Below, in pieces: positions 9,439 to 19,258 of a stretch of 64,000 bases of DNA. Numbering within the stretch: position 1 is the first letter of the stretch; each line of letters begins with the position of its first letter. Source of the stretch: Minisyncoccota bacterium (GTDB lineage: Bacteria > Patescibacteriota > Minisyncoccia > Phycocordibacterales > UBA918); the NCBI GenBank assembly GCA_041389025.1, contig JAWKSP010000002.1:105279-169278 (forward strand), given 5' to 3'. The translations under genes and the position numbers were made by a program. The notes beneath the pieces were generated by a model. That model ran no database searches, was not told the origin of the DNA, and was given only the letters and a program-made list of their open reading frames with translations.

Positions 9439-10524
9439 CTAGAAAGTTGGTGTAGCAATATACATAAGTGTTGCTGTATAGTCGTCAGCTGCTTCCTGAA
9501 GCGGTGTCACTTCAATTTGGTAGCCAACTTTTGCCAAACCGTAGTCTTGTGTAGTTCCGTCAGACGGACCGTTGTGTGAAAAAATCTGACGTGGTGTAGT
9601 ACTTGCCGCGACCCATCGATCCCCGCCTGTGCCTACATTGAACTCATTGGCATTCAAGTCTGAGTCATCAGAAGTAAGACCCCAGTGTCCCCATGTATTC
9701 TCATCCAGCAAAGAATCTCCGGGTGACTGCCATGCTGCAGGTGTATCTACATAAGTTCCGTCAGTAAATCCGTCAATATCGGCACCAGTTGATGATTGCA
9801 AGTTACCGTCCTGTTCTACAGTAACAACAAATCCATTAATAGCGTTGGTTGTAACTCTAAGCTCTTGTCCAAGAGTGTATACAGTGTCTGATGAAAGTAC
9901 ACCGAACGGTATGGTAGTTGTACCAGTAGTTCCGGTGGTACTAGCGTTATTAACTGAGGTAGAAGTTGCCAAACCTGAAATTGTAAAGTCAAAAGTGGTA
10001 TCAATCACAGCACTGACTGTTACATAATCTACAATTGCTACTCTTGTCTGACCACTATCTGATGCTGTGGTAACGGTAAATTCATAAGATTGAATTGAAG
10101 CTGGGTTTGTCACCACACCATCAGCTATAACAATTCTCACCTCTTCTCCAGCAGCCGCAGCGACGTTATCAAAAGAGACATCCTGTCCAACCGCCGAAAA
10201 GTTTCCAATTGTTTCCGGAGCACCTCCCTCAACCGTCACAGTTAGGTTTCCAGATACTAGAGTGTTTACTCCAGTGAAGCCGGTTGGGAAATTAACATTT
10301 ACAGTATCGCCTGTTCCTAGTGATGAACCGGTAGGAATAGTAAATTTGATATCATGACCGGAAGTTACACTTGGTCCTGAGTCGGTTAATGTGTTACTAA
10401 CTTCTGTTAGGTTAGCTGCTTGTGCGGTCGAGTAAGCTCCGAGTGACCAGAGTACGACAGCGCACGCAACGAGCATCGCGACTACCCGGTGCGTAAAGCC
10501 AACTTTTGTTGGTATTACGTACAT
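9439..10524 (-). CDS. Secreted WxL-like surface protein
   Basis: Signal peptide (AQA|AN), Thr/Gly/Asp-rich beta protein ending DDYTATLMYIATPTF (resembles WxL terminal strand); upstream of DUF916-like gene. Confidence 0.55.
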   Translation of the reverse strand: MYVIPTKVGFTHRVVAMLVACAVVLWSLGAYSTAQAANLTEVSNTLTDSGPSVTSGHDIKFTIPTGSSLGTGDTVNVNFPTGFTGVNTLVSGNLTVTVEGGAPETIGNFSAVGQDVSFDNVAAAAGEEVRIVIADGVVTNPASIQSYEFTVTTASDSGQTRVAIVDYVTVSAVIDTTFDFTISGLATSTSVNNASTTGTTGTTTIPFGVLSSDTVYTLGQELRVTTNAINGFVVTVEQDGNLQSSTGADIDGFTDGTYVDTPAAWQSPGDSLLDENTWGHWGLTSDDSDLNANEFNVGTGGDRWVAASTTPRQIFSHNGPSDGTTQDYGLAKVGYQIEVTPLQEAADDYTATLMYIATPTF

Positions 10525-10852
10525 GTTTATTTATTTATTATTTTTACTAAATAACTGAAGTCATTTTTTCATTTGATAGAGAATGAAATAGCGACTAGTC
10601 GGTTGAAATTTTTTCTGTGGAGAGACATTTAAAAAAATTTTGTTTGAAAAGTAAGCCAAAATTTTTAATGTCAACCTCAACCGTCTGAGACCATTATAAT
10701 TTTAATAAGACGTTTTGTCTGAAATCTTATGTTGATAACTTGTAAAGAACAAGACAATATTATTAAATTTAACCTTATTTTTAAATTTGTTTTTAAATTT
10801 TAAGAGACTTACTTTTACAACTTTGTTAAGTACTAATGTCTGTTTTATTTTT

Positions 10853-12133
10853 CTAATGTACAATTTTTATTTTTTGCCAATCAGTAGTGTAAGCAGGTGA
10901 AATACGGTCTTTTTTGTTTAGCCAAATTCTTTTTTTACGATCAGGTAAGCTCCCTAACCTCAACATATCTTGCCTGTTTTTTTGGTTTACTGAAAAGAGT
11001 AAGTTGGTCAGTTCCGCCTTATTTTTAGTATTATCAGGAATTGGGAATAATGAATTTGTTTTTTCCTGTTCAACCACCAATCCAGATAACATAACCCCAG
11101 CTTTTTTATACTGAATAGAAGGTTTGTAATTTATTTCAAGTAAATTTATTGCTTCTTTTGTTAAAGTAAATAAATCTCTAGTTGACTCATTTAAAATAAC
11201 TTCTAATTTAGAATTGAGTATAAGGGATTTATTATTAAAACTGGGTTTAATACTTATTCGCAAAATTTTTGCTTCTAATTTGGTTGCATACAAGGTACTG
11301 ACACATTTAAAAACGTGGTATTTTATAGCTTCTTTTAAATCATTTATGTCATTTGTAGATTGACTAAAAGAACGTGAGTTCATAATACTTTTTTGTAAAT
11401 CTTTCTTAAAATTAATCGGAAAAACTATCTCTCCCATAAGCTCGTCTTGCAGCCTAACACCAAAAACCCCAAACCAGTCATTGAGTTGACGTTTTGAGAC
11501 ATTAAATAAATCTTTTACTGTTACTAAACCATAATCATTAAACATCCTTACCTTATCTTGACCAACTCCCCACAACTCTGAAAGTTTAATCTTCTCAGAT
11601 CTTTGTTTCCAGGTCTTCATCGACCAAACTTCTACTCCAGTTTTTGTCTTTTTAGAAATCTTGTTTACATATTTAGCTTGTGTCTTTGATGAAGCTACGC
11701 CAATGGAGACCGGAACGCCTACGTGTCTTTCCACCTTATTTTTTACTCTAATCATTTCTTTAAAATCAAAATCTGTTTTAAAAAAACACTCATCAATTGA
11801 ATATCTTTCTACCTTACCCACTTCACCTTCTACGGTTACAAAAACACGCTTTGCTATATCTTTATATAAAGCAAAGTTAGCTGGAAAAGTTACTATTTTT
11901 CTGTCCTTTATTATGTCTTTTATATGGAAATAAGGGACACCCATTGCTATACCCATGTCTTTTACTTCCTGAGATCGTGCTACCACACAACCTTCATCAC
12001 TAGAAAGTACTAGAACTGGTTTTTCTCTTAAATCTGGTCTAAACAACCGCTCACAAGAAACAAAGAAATTATTACAATCTAAAACACCGATTTTATCGGT
12101 GTTCGCTTCTAATATTTCTCTATTATCTAGCAT
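10853..12133 (-). CDS. umuC: Y-family DNA polymerase V subunit UmuC-like
   Basis: LDCNNFFVSCE, GCVVARS, YSIDE, C-terminal SPAYTTDW. Confidence 0.9.
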   Translation of the reverse strand: MLDNREILEANTDKIGVLDCNNFFVSCERLFRPDLREKPVLVLSSDEGCVVARSQEVKDMGIAMGVPYFHIKDIIKDRKIVTFPANFALYKDIAKRVFVTVEGEVGKVERYSIDECFFKTDFDFKEMIRVKNKVERHVGVPVSIGVASSKTQAKYVNKISKKTKTGVEVWSMKTWKQRSEKIKLSELWGVGQDKVRMFNDYGLVTVKDLFNVSKRQLNDWFGVFGVRLQDELMGEIVFPINFKKDLQKSIMNSRSFSQSTNDINDLKEAIKYHVFKCVSTLYATKLEAKILRISIKPSFNNKSLILNSKLEVILNESTRDLFTLTKEAINLLEINYKPSIQYKKAGVMLSGLVVEQEKTNSLFPIPDNTKNKAELTNLLFSVNQKNRQDMLRLGSLPDRKKRIWLNKKDRISPAYTTDWQKIKIVH

Positions 12134-12158
12134 TAGCTATATTGTAACCTGTCTCTAT

Positions 12159-13346
12159 TTATCTCCAAATTTTCTTATCTTCTTCACCGTCAATTTTAAA
12201 ATATGCCACTCCAGCTAAATTATATTTTTCAGCTAATTCTATTTTTTCTTTTGCTGCTTTTGCATCAGAATAGGTAATGAAACGTACAGTCACTTCTTGA
12301 CCAGTCATATTAGCGAACAATAGTGCTCTAGCGGCATTTTCAAACCCTTCTGGTGTTCCTTCGGGTACCGGCAAAGCTGTTAAAACTCTATAAGGTGAAG
12401 TGTCTGGAAAGTAACTGATAACCGCCTCCCCACCGGCAGTTCGACCAATTGGTGAATCGTATTTTTCAGCCAACTCCTTAATTCTTGGTATATTTAAAGA
12501 AGCTACTTTAATGTAATCTCTATACCAATTCGGAGAAACTTTTACATCCCAAGCTCGACCATAAGTCGGTACTCCTAAAAAAACTTTTTCTTCCGGAAAA
12601 TCTTCCAAAGCTAAGACGAGAACCTTCTCTACCCAATCAATATCAGCCACCGGCATATACGGTACACCAGCTCTTTCTTCATTAAGCTTTATATCAGCTC
12701 GTTGCTGATCATAGGCCATTATTTCAATTCGATCACAATAACGTCCAATTTTGTTGTAATTATTGGCATATTCTATTTTTTCCGGCACTTCTCGCCAACG
12801 AGATTCTGTAGGAGTCCGTGCTTCTATTGCGCAAGTTAGTTCTTTAGAACCTAAAGCTTGATTTAATTCACGTAAAAAATCTGAAAAATAATCTATAGTT
12901 TCAGACTTTTTTTGTTCATAATCAATGTTTATCCCAGCAAAATCATTATCATCTACCAAGTCTTCAATTTCTTTTATATGTTGTTTTCTTTTCTTTTTAT
13001 CACTTAAGACCTCATGAATAGCTTCACCATCAAACCAAGCAATAGTAGGAATAACTTCTACTCTTTTCTTTTTAGCTTGCCGAAACAAATCTTTCCATTC
13101 CTTAGAATCTAAGTCAGTTTTTGCTACGATTTCTTCCTTCTCATTAATTTCATAGACAAATGGGTAAATAGTATCTAATTTATTAAGATTCTTCTTGGTA
13201 CTTGCTATACCTTCCTTATCTTGCCACCACGGTATCCAGCCAGCTGTCTCCAAGCCTTTAGCGCTAGCTGTTGGTAAAATACTAAAAGATACTAATAAAA
13301 TTAGCAAAAAAGCCGTAGTTTGTTTTAAAATCACTTTATTATTCAT
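12159..13346 (-). CDS. Secreted glycoside hydrolase family 18 protein
   Basis: Signal peptide; FAGINIDYE catalytic motif; IMAYDQ; LGVPTYG. Confidence 0.85.
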   Translation of the reverse strand: MNNKVILKQTTAFLLILLVSFSILPTASAKGLETAGWIPWWQDKEGIASTKKNLNKLDTIYPFVYEINEKEEIVAKTDLDSKEWKDLFRQAKKKRVEVIPTIAWFDGEAIHEVLSDKKKRKQHIKEIEDLVDDNDFAGINIDYEQKKSETIDYFSDFLRELNQALGSKELTCAIEARTPTESRWREVPEKIEYANNYNKIGRYCDRIEIMAYDQQRADIKLNEERAGVPYMPVADIDWVEKVLVLALEDFPEEKVFLGVPTYGRAWDVKVSPNWYRDYIKVASLNIPRIKELAEKYDSPIGRTAGGEAVISYFPDTSPYRVLTALPVPEGTPEGFENAARALLFANMTGQEVTVRFITYSDAKAAKEKIELAEKYNLAGVAYFKIDGEEDKKIWR

Positions 13347-13391
13347 ATTTTTTAGTTATTAATCTTTAATGACGTTTTCTTACCCTAAAAC

Positions 13392-13832
13392 TTACCTAAA
13401 ATCACGCACACTAGCAGTTACTACACCCCAAACAAAACAATCGTCATTTTCGTTGATAATAATTGGCTTATAGTCTTTGTTGGCTGATACAAGCTCAGTT
13501 TGATTGTTTTTTATCTTTAGATACTTTACCACCATTTCTCCATAAACAGCAGCAATAACTATTTTTCCCGAAACTAAAGGCAATGAACGGTCTACTACTA
13601 AGATATCACCAGAAAAGATACCAGCCCCTTCCATTGAATCTCCTTCAATTCTGACAAAGAAAGTTGAATTTGGGTTATTTACCAGCAATTCATTTAAATC
13701 TAAAGTTTTTTCAACCAAGTCATCTCCCATCATCGGAAAGCCAGCCGCAGGACGTGAGCTATACAAGGGTAAATCAATTTTAAAATCAGCTGAATAAGTC
13801 ATTACAGCGGTGACTTTTAAAGTTTTTTCCAT
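13392..13832 (-). CDS. umuD: UmuD-like S24 autopeptidase
   Basis: AAGFP cleavage site, GDSM Ser, VK Lys, WGVVT; likely start MEKT at 13832. Confidence 0.9.
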   Translation of the reverse strand: MEKTLKVTAVMTYSADFKIDLPLYSSRPAAGFPMMGDDLVEKTLDLNELLVNNPNSTFFVRIEGDSMEGAGIFSGDILVVDRSLPLVSGKIVIAAVYGEMVVKYLKIKNNQTELVSANKDYKPIIINENDDCFVWGVVTASVRDFR

Positions 13833-14011
13833 ACTCTTAATTTTAGCATTAAAATTAAGTAAACTCATTAAGAGTTTAGATTTTTTAAATACTTTATTTT
13901 TTAAAGTTATTTTATAATATATACTTATATATACATTTGTGATATAATCGTACTCTCGCTAAATAGCTTGGCTATGAAGCGAGATATTTTGTTTATTAAA
14001 AAGGAGATATT

Positions 14012-14352
14012 ATGACAAAAAAGTTCTTTTAGTAGTACTGGTTGTTTTTTTACTTTTTATAAACCACACAAAAGCCGGACTAATTGCTGTAAATGTTCTC
14101 TATGAACACACCCTAGCAACTAACGAAGGCTTAGTTATGGCGATCGGAATAACACAAGATAGTAATTTTGATTTTCCTAATTTTGATCATACCGACCTTA
14201 TACATACCGTAAAGGATGTACAGACCGGTAGAACTTGGGATTTTCATTCTGTTTCTAACAACAACGTACACACAGTAGATGAACCTGAAACTTGGTTTCT
14301 GTTACTAACTAGTATGTTGATTGTGTTATTTATTATCACAAGAAAAGTTTAA
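14012..14352 (+). pseudogene. PEP-CTERM-like secreted protein, frameshifted in an A6 run
   Basis: SD aaggag + ATG 14012; adding one A at 14017-14022 gives MTKKVLLVVLVVFLLFINHTKA|GLI... ending VDEPETWFLLLTSMLIVLFIITRKV. Confidence 0.65.
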
Positions 14353-14360
14353 GCAACCAT

Positions 14361-14400
14361 GAGGGCAATCCTTTTATTTTAGAGGATTGTCCTCTTTTTT
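14361..14400 (+). terminator. Intrinsic terminator
   Basis: gagggcaatcct...aggattgtcctc followed by T-run. Confidence 0.75.
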
Positions 14401-14443
14401 ATATTTTTATTACACTGAAAGGCTAAAGTACGAACAGGTTTAA

Positions 14444-15337
14444 TTAGTAACCATAATTAAACCGACTAAATACCATCATTTCCTGACAAGGAGTTTTATA
14501 GGTATCTATATCCTTTAATTTGGAACTTTCTTCGTTCCTAAAATAATACTGAGCTCTTTTCTTCATTATTTCGCGTTGTTCTCGCATTTCTTCACGACTA
14601 TGAAAATCATCATAAAACCAAGGAAATACTCCACAAACATGTATTTTGGGTGGTTTAATTCCCAAAACTTGCCCCACCACTTTCACATTTTGACCGGTAC
14701 CAAGCCTTTTTATATCATCGTCATCCAATTCAGTAGTAACTAAACCCCAGCGAGTATTATATATATCGACAAACAAAGCTTCTGAATTATCATTATTCAT
14801 TTCATAAACCTGACCGATTATGCGACCAGCCACTGGGCTTTGCCAAAGTCTAAGCTCAATTTTCTCCTGTGAATTATATAAAGAAATATAATGCCCTAAC
14901 CACCTATCTGCACTAAAACCGATTCCACTAGTTTGCAACAAGACACCACCGACAAAACTAACTCCCACACTTAAACCAACTACCACCAAAAGCGAATAAC
15001 GATAACCTCTCTTAGTATGCCTTATGTTGTAAGTAGCTAAAATAATCATTAAAAATAGTAAAAAAAACCATAAAAAAGGTAAGACCTCTACCATAAAAGT
15101 GAGGAAATTATCGTGAGTGGCTTCATATAAGGCATATTGACGATAACCAATCACAAACAAAGTAATAGCTACAGCTATCGCTCCTACTCCAGTACTTAGA
15201 AACCAGAAAAACCAGAAAATTATTTCTTTAACTAGAAAAAAAGCCTTTGGTCGGGGATTTAAATCGTTCTCTTTTAAACGCTCCAAGACACTGGTTTTTA
15301 AGTCTTTCTCTGGATTTTTACCATTCATACTTTTCAT
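14444..15337 (-). CDS. Membrane protein, candidate anti-sigma factor
   Basis: Three TM segments plus external domain; start overlaps the ECF sigma stop (ATGA). Confidence 0.55.
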   Translation of the reverse strand: MKSMNGKNPEKDLKTSVLERLKENDLNPRPKAFFLVKEIIFWFFWFLSTGVGAIAVAITLFVIGYRQYALYEATHDNFLTFMVEVLPFLWFFLLFLMIILATYNIRHTKRGYRYSLLVVVGLSVGVSFVGGVLLQTSGIGFSADRWLGHYISLYNSQEKIELRLWQSPVAGRIIGQVYEMNNDNSEALFVDIYNTRWGLVTTELDDDDIKRLGTGQNVKVVGQVLGIKPPKIHVCGVFPWFYDDFHSREEMREQREIMKKRAQYYFRNEESSKLKDIDTYKTPCQEMMVFSRFNYGY

Positions 15338-15909
15338 ATACGTATATAATCTTGATTTAATGCATTTAAAAGTTGTTTTTTTCCACGATGTATCAGTGTA
15401 CCAACCGATCCAATAGGAATCTTGAGCACATCTGAAATCTCATCATACTCCAGATGCTCAAAATACCGCAAAATTAATACTTGTTTATATTTTTCATCAA
15501 TCCTTTCTAAGGCCTTGCCTACTTCTTCAATGTTTATTTTTTGATCAAAAGCAATATCGGGAGTATCATCAGATGAATCGATCAACTTTAAAACTTCGTC
15601 GCTATCAGCAATCAAATGTCCCTCTGGTCTTACCGTATGCTTACGGTACCAGCTAATTGCTTCATTATGAGCTATCCTATATATCCAAGCAGAAAAAGAC
15701 AAAGACCTATCAAAACTATTTAAATTTTTATAAGCTTTTATAAATATTTCCTGCAACACATCCAATTGATCATCTGGATTCTTAACACCCAAGCGGTTGA
15801 TATAACGCTTCAACTTAGCTTCATAACGTTCCACAATAAAACCAAAAGAACTCCGTTCACGGAGTGTCATTTCAACTAATTCTTTATCAGTTGGCTGATT
15901 CTGTTCCAT
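15334..15909 (-). CDS. ECF RNA polymerase sigma-70 factor
   Basis: DVLQEIFIKAY, FSAWIYRIAHN, YDEISDVLKIPIGSVGTLIHRGK; likely start MEQN at 15909. Confidence 0.92.
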   Translation of the reverse strand: MEQNQPTDKELVEMTLRERSSFGFIVERYEAKLKRYINRLGVKNPDDQLDVLQEIFIKAYKNLNSFDRSLSFSAWIYRIAHNEAISWYRKHTVRPEGHLIADSDEVLKLIDSSDDTPDIAFDQKINIEEVGKALERIDEKYKQVLILRYFEHLEYDEISDVLKIPIGSVGTLIHRGKKQLLNALNQDYIRI

Positions 15910-16035
15910 ACACGATAGAGTATTTACTATGGTGACACAGATCAGAGTAAAATAAAAACAATAAAACTCATACAAAACATATCTGATTCTCGGTCAAACT
16001 TGCAATATTCATGTTTTTATTGCATTGTATAAGGT

Positions 16036-16746
16036 ATGAGTTTCCCTATGCGAATAAACAAATACCTAGCTGAACAAAAAATCGCCTCCAGACGTGAGGC
16101 CGACGCCATGATTGAGTCTGGAGAAGTACTGGTTAACGGTAAAAAAGCGGTACTTGGCCAACAAGTGTCCGAAGGTGATACGATAGAGCTCGTGGGCAAG
16201 CCCAAAAAACACATCTACCTTGCCTACTACAAAGGCCGTGGTGTTATTACTCATTCTCCAGCCGAACACGAAATTGATATCGCTACTAGACTTAAAAAAG
16301 ACTACGGTATTACCGGAATTGCTCCAATTGGTCGTTTAGACAAAGACTCTGAAGGATTAATGATACTAACAGACGACGGCCGTCTAACCGGACCGCTTCT
16401 TGACCCAGAAGCTAAGCATGAAAAAGAATATGACGTGACTTTGGATAAAGTAATTTCGACTAGTTTTCAAAAAATAATGAGTTTGGGAGTGGATATAGAA
16501 GGTTATAAAACTAAGCCAGCTAAAGTAGATCCTAATCCCAAAAATCCTAAACGTTTTAAGTTAACGATTACTGAAGGTAAAAAGCATCAAATTAGACGGA
16601 TGTGTGCAGCTCTAGGCTTTCAAGTACAGTCACTAAAACGAGTGAGGATTATGAATGTAGAGCTTGGTAGTTTAAAGCCAAATCAGTATCGAAAAATTAC
16701 CGATACTGAACTAAATACACTTTTAGGAAGCTTGGACTTAAAATAA
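16036..16746 (+). CDS. RsuA/RluF-family rRNA pseudouridine synthase
   Basis: S4 domain RINKYLA...SRREAD; GRLDKDSEGL; EGKKHQIRRM. Confidence 0.93.
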   Translation: MSFPMRINKYLAEQKIASRREADAMIESGEVLVNGKKAVLGQQVSEGDTIELVGKPKKHIYLAYYKGRGVITHSPAEHEIDIATRLKKDYGITGIAPIGRLDKDSEGLMILTDDGRLTGPLLDPEAKHEKEYDVTLDKVISTSFQKIMSLGVDIEGYKTKPAKVDPNPKNPKRFKLTITEGKKHQIRRMCAALGFQVQSLKRVRIMNVELGSLKPNQYRKITDTELNTLLGSLDLK

Positions 16747-16747
16747 T

Positions 16748-16783
16748 AAAAACAGTCGAAACTAAAAGTTTCAACTGTTTTTT
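16748..16783. terminator. Bidirectional terminator
   Basis: aaaaacagtcgaaact...agtttcaactgttttt between convergent genes. Confidence 0.65.
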
Positions 16784-16793
16784 TATTAATTTA

Positions 16794-16976
16794 TTATCTA
16801 AGCTCAGCCCAGTCTTTTTCGAAGCGTTCCATCCATTGCTTTTTACCTTCCTCACTGATGTCAGTAATAATCTCATTATGATCTTTCATATAGTGATTAT
16901 AAAGTTGTTTTAAAATATCATCTCTATTCTTAGTTTCAAAAGTAAGTTCACAATCATAACATTTAAATCTTTTCAT
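16794..16976 (-). CDS. Small DUF1059-like metal-binding protein
   Basis: CxxC plus HxxxxH. Confidence 0.65.
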   Translation of the reverse strand: MKRFKCYDCELTFETKNRDDILKQLYNHYMKDHNEIITDISEEGKKQWMERFEKDWAELR

Positions 16977-17003
16977 ATTACGTAATTATTATTATCAATA
17001 TGA

Positions 17004-18788
17004 TTACTTTCCTCGCTTTCTCTCACTTTCTTTTAGCTGAGACTTGCGTAATCGCACACTTTCTGGCGTAACCTCTAAGTATTCATCGTCTGCCATAATT
17101 TCTAGACCTAACTCAATAGTAATTAGTTTTGGTGGCACTAGATTTATGGCATCATCAGAACCAGAAGCACGCATATTGGTAAGTTGCTTGCCCTTAGTTG
17201 GATTTACCGTCATTTCTTCACCTTTGGAAGTATTACCAATCACCATACCTTCATATACTTCGGTACCGGCTCCTATATATAGTTGTCCACGGTCTTGAAG
17301 ACCATAAAGAGCAAACCCCAAAGCTTTACCTTGTACCATAGAAATCATTGAACCTACTTGACGTTTCTTGATCTCCCCAGCGTAAGGACGAAAACCAAGT
17401 ACTCGTGAGGCTAAAATACCTTCTCCTTTAGTATCAACTATAAACTGATTCTTATAACCAAGTAGTCCACGAGTCGGGCCTTCAAAAATAAGTCTTACCT
17501 GATTATCATGCACCACCATATTCATCATGACAAAACCTCGATTTCCTAGTCGTTCAATCACTGCCCCTTGAAATTCTGACGGAATATCTACTGTCACCTC
17601 TTCAAACGGTTCCATCTTTTGCCCTTCTTCTTCCTTAATGATCACTTGTGGTTGAGATACTGCCAGCTCATAGCCATCCCGTCGCATATTTTCAAGTAAA
17701 ATAGCAATATGCATCTCACCACGCCCCCGTACCTCAAAAGTGTCTCCTTGGGAAAAATCTACTTGTAGTCCAACGTTTACCTCCAGCTCCCTCTCCAAAC
17801 GCTCGCGAATTTGGCGTGAAGTCACATATTTTCCTTCTCTCCCCGCAAACGGTGAGGAGTTTGGCATAAATTGTAGAGCGATGGTTGGTTCATCGACCGC
17901 AATCGCTGGCAAAGGCTCCGCTTCCTCATTGTCAGTCAAAGTGTCCCCAATATTTATATCAGCAAATCCAGCAATCATCACAATATCACCAGCAAAAGCT
18001 TCCGTTGTATCAACTTTTTGTATGCCTTTAAAAGTAGAAAGCTTCACCACTTTTCCTTTACTAGTCTCAGTACCTTTATGCTTTATAAATAAAGGTTGAT
18101 TAGTTTTAATTGACCCTTCGTAGACACGTGCAATGGCCAAACGACCAAGGAAATTATCATAAGCCAGATTAAATACTTGAGCACGCAAAGCTTCTCCCTC
18201 AACATAAGCACGAGCTGCCGGTACTTCTTCCAAAATCACATCGAGGAGTGGAGACAAGTCTTTAAATTCATCTTCAAGTTTACGTTTCGCTACTCCATCG
18301 CGACCAATAGCGTATACCACTGTAAAATCTGACTGATTATCATCAGCTCCTAACTCTAAGAAAAGTTCCAGCACTTGCTCTTCTGCTCGAACCGGATCAG
18401 CAGCTGGTTTGTCAATTTTATTCAAAACCACTATTGGCTTAAGTCCTAGCTCTAGTGATTTCTTTAGTACAAAGCGTGTCTGTGGCATTGGCCCCTCCTG
18501 AGCATCTACCACCAATAACACCGAGTCAATCGAGCGAAGTACTCGTTCTACTTCAGATCCAAAGTCGGCGTGACCAGGAGTATCCACAATATTGATTTTA
18601 GTGTCTTTGTACTCAATAGAGGTATTTTTGGCATAAATAGTAATACCACGCTCACGCTCAAGCGCATTGCTATCCATTGAACTCTCACCATCACGCGCGC
18701 CAGTTTGCTCCATTAAAGCGTCGGTTAGAGTAGTCTTGCCGTGGTCTACGTGAGCAATAATAGCGATATTACGAATTTCCTGTGCCAT
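17004..18788 (-). CDS. typA: Translational GTPase TypA/BipA
   Basis: IRNIAIIAHVDHGKTT, DTPGHADF, NKID, KQLTNMRASGSD. Confidence 0.97.
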   Translation of the reverse strand: MAQEIRNIAIIAHVDHGKTTLTDALMEQTGARDGESSMDSNALERERGITIYAKNTSIEYKDTKINIVDTPGHADFGSEVERVLRSIDSVLLVVDAQEGPMPQTRFVLKKSLELGLKPIVVLNKIDKPAADPVRAEEQVLELFLELGADDNQSDFTVVYAIGRDGVAKRKLEDEFKDLSPLLDVILEEVPAARAYVEGEALRAQVFNLAYDNFLGRLAIARVYEGSIKTNQPLFIKHKGTETSKGKVVKLSTFKGIQKVDTTEAFAGDIVMIAGFADINIGDTLTDNEEAEPLPAIAVDEPTIALQFMPNSSPFAGREGKYVTSRQIRERLERELEVNVGLQVDFSQGDTFEVRGRGEMHIAILLENMRRDGYELAVSQPQVIIKEEEGQKMEPFEEVTVDIPSEFQGAVIERLGNRGFVMMNMVVHDNQVRLIFEGPTRGLLGYKNQFIVDTKGEGILASRVLGFRPYAGEIKKRQVGSMISMVQGKALGFALYGLQDRGQLYIGAGTEVYEGMVIGNTSKGEEMTVNPTKGKQLTNMRASGSDDAINLVPPKLITIELGLEIMADDEYLEVTPESVRLRKSQLKESERKRGK

Positions 18789-18913
18789 ATAAAAATGATT
18801 AAAATTAAAATATTAAACCTCCATTACCCGCTTACCAAAATTATTAAACGAGAAAGGCGCGTATCACTGCAAGGCGAACGCGCCCAAAAGTGACTGTAGA
18901 ATACAAAGAAAAA

Positions 18914-19189
18914 TCACTTTTGTCTAGCGAAAAGTTGTATTTTTTTAACTTTATTAAGTTTTTTTAGTGACAACTCACATTTTGTGGCTTCACTACGAGA
19001 TTTAAAAGTTTTTTTGTAGACTAACTCCACTGGACGGCGAACTTTAGTATATTTGGCACCAAGTTTATCATCTTCATTATGCTCTTTGACGCGCCTTTTT
19101 AAGTCTGTAGTAATACCAGTATACAGAGTATCATCGGCACACCTAAGCATGTAGACATACCAGACTACTTTATCACTATTTTTTTTCAT
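18914..19189 (-). CDS. GIY-YIG nuclease family protein
   Basis: YVYMLRC...LYTGITTDLKRR..EHN...GAKYT. Confidence 0.9.
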   Translation of the reverse strand: MKKNSDKVVWYVYMLRCADDTLYTGITTDLKRRVKEHNEDDKLGAKYTKVRRPVELVYKKTFKSRSEATKCELSLKKLNKVKKIQLFARQK

Positions 19190-19258
19190 AAACTACCGTT
19201 AAAAGCCTGATCACCATACCAATAAAGCCAAACCAAAAAAATCACTACCACTAAAATT

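Noticed and set aside
13371-13400. ECF-type promoter motif AAAACGTC (also at 10709)
   Set aside because: No consistent -35 element or spacing between instances
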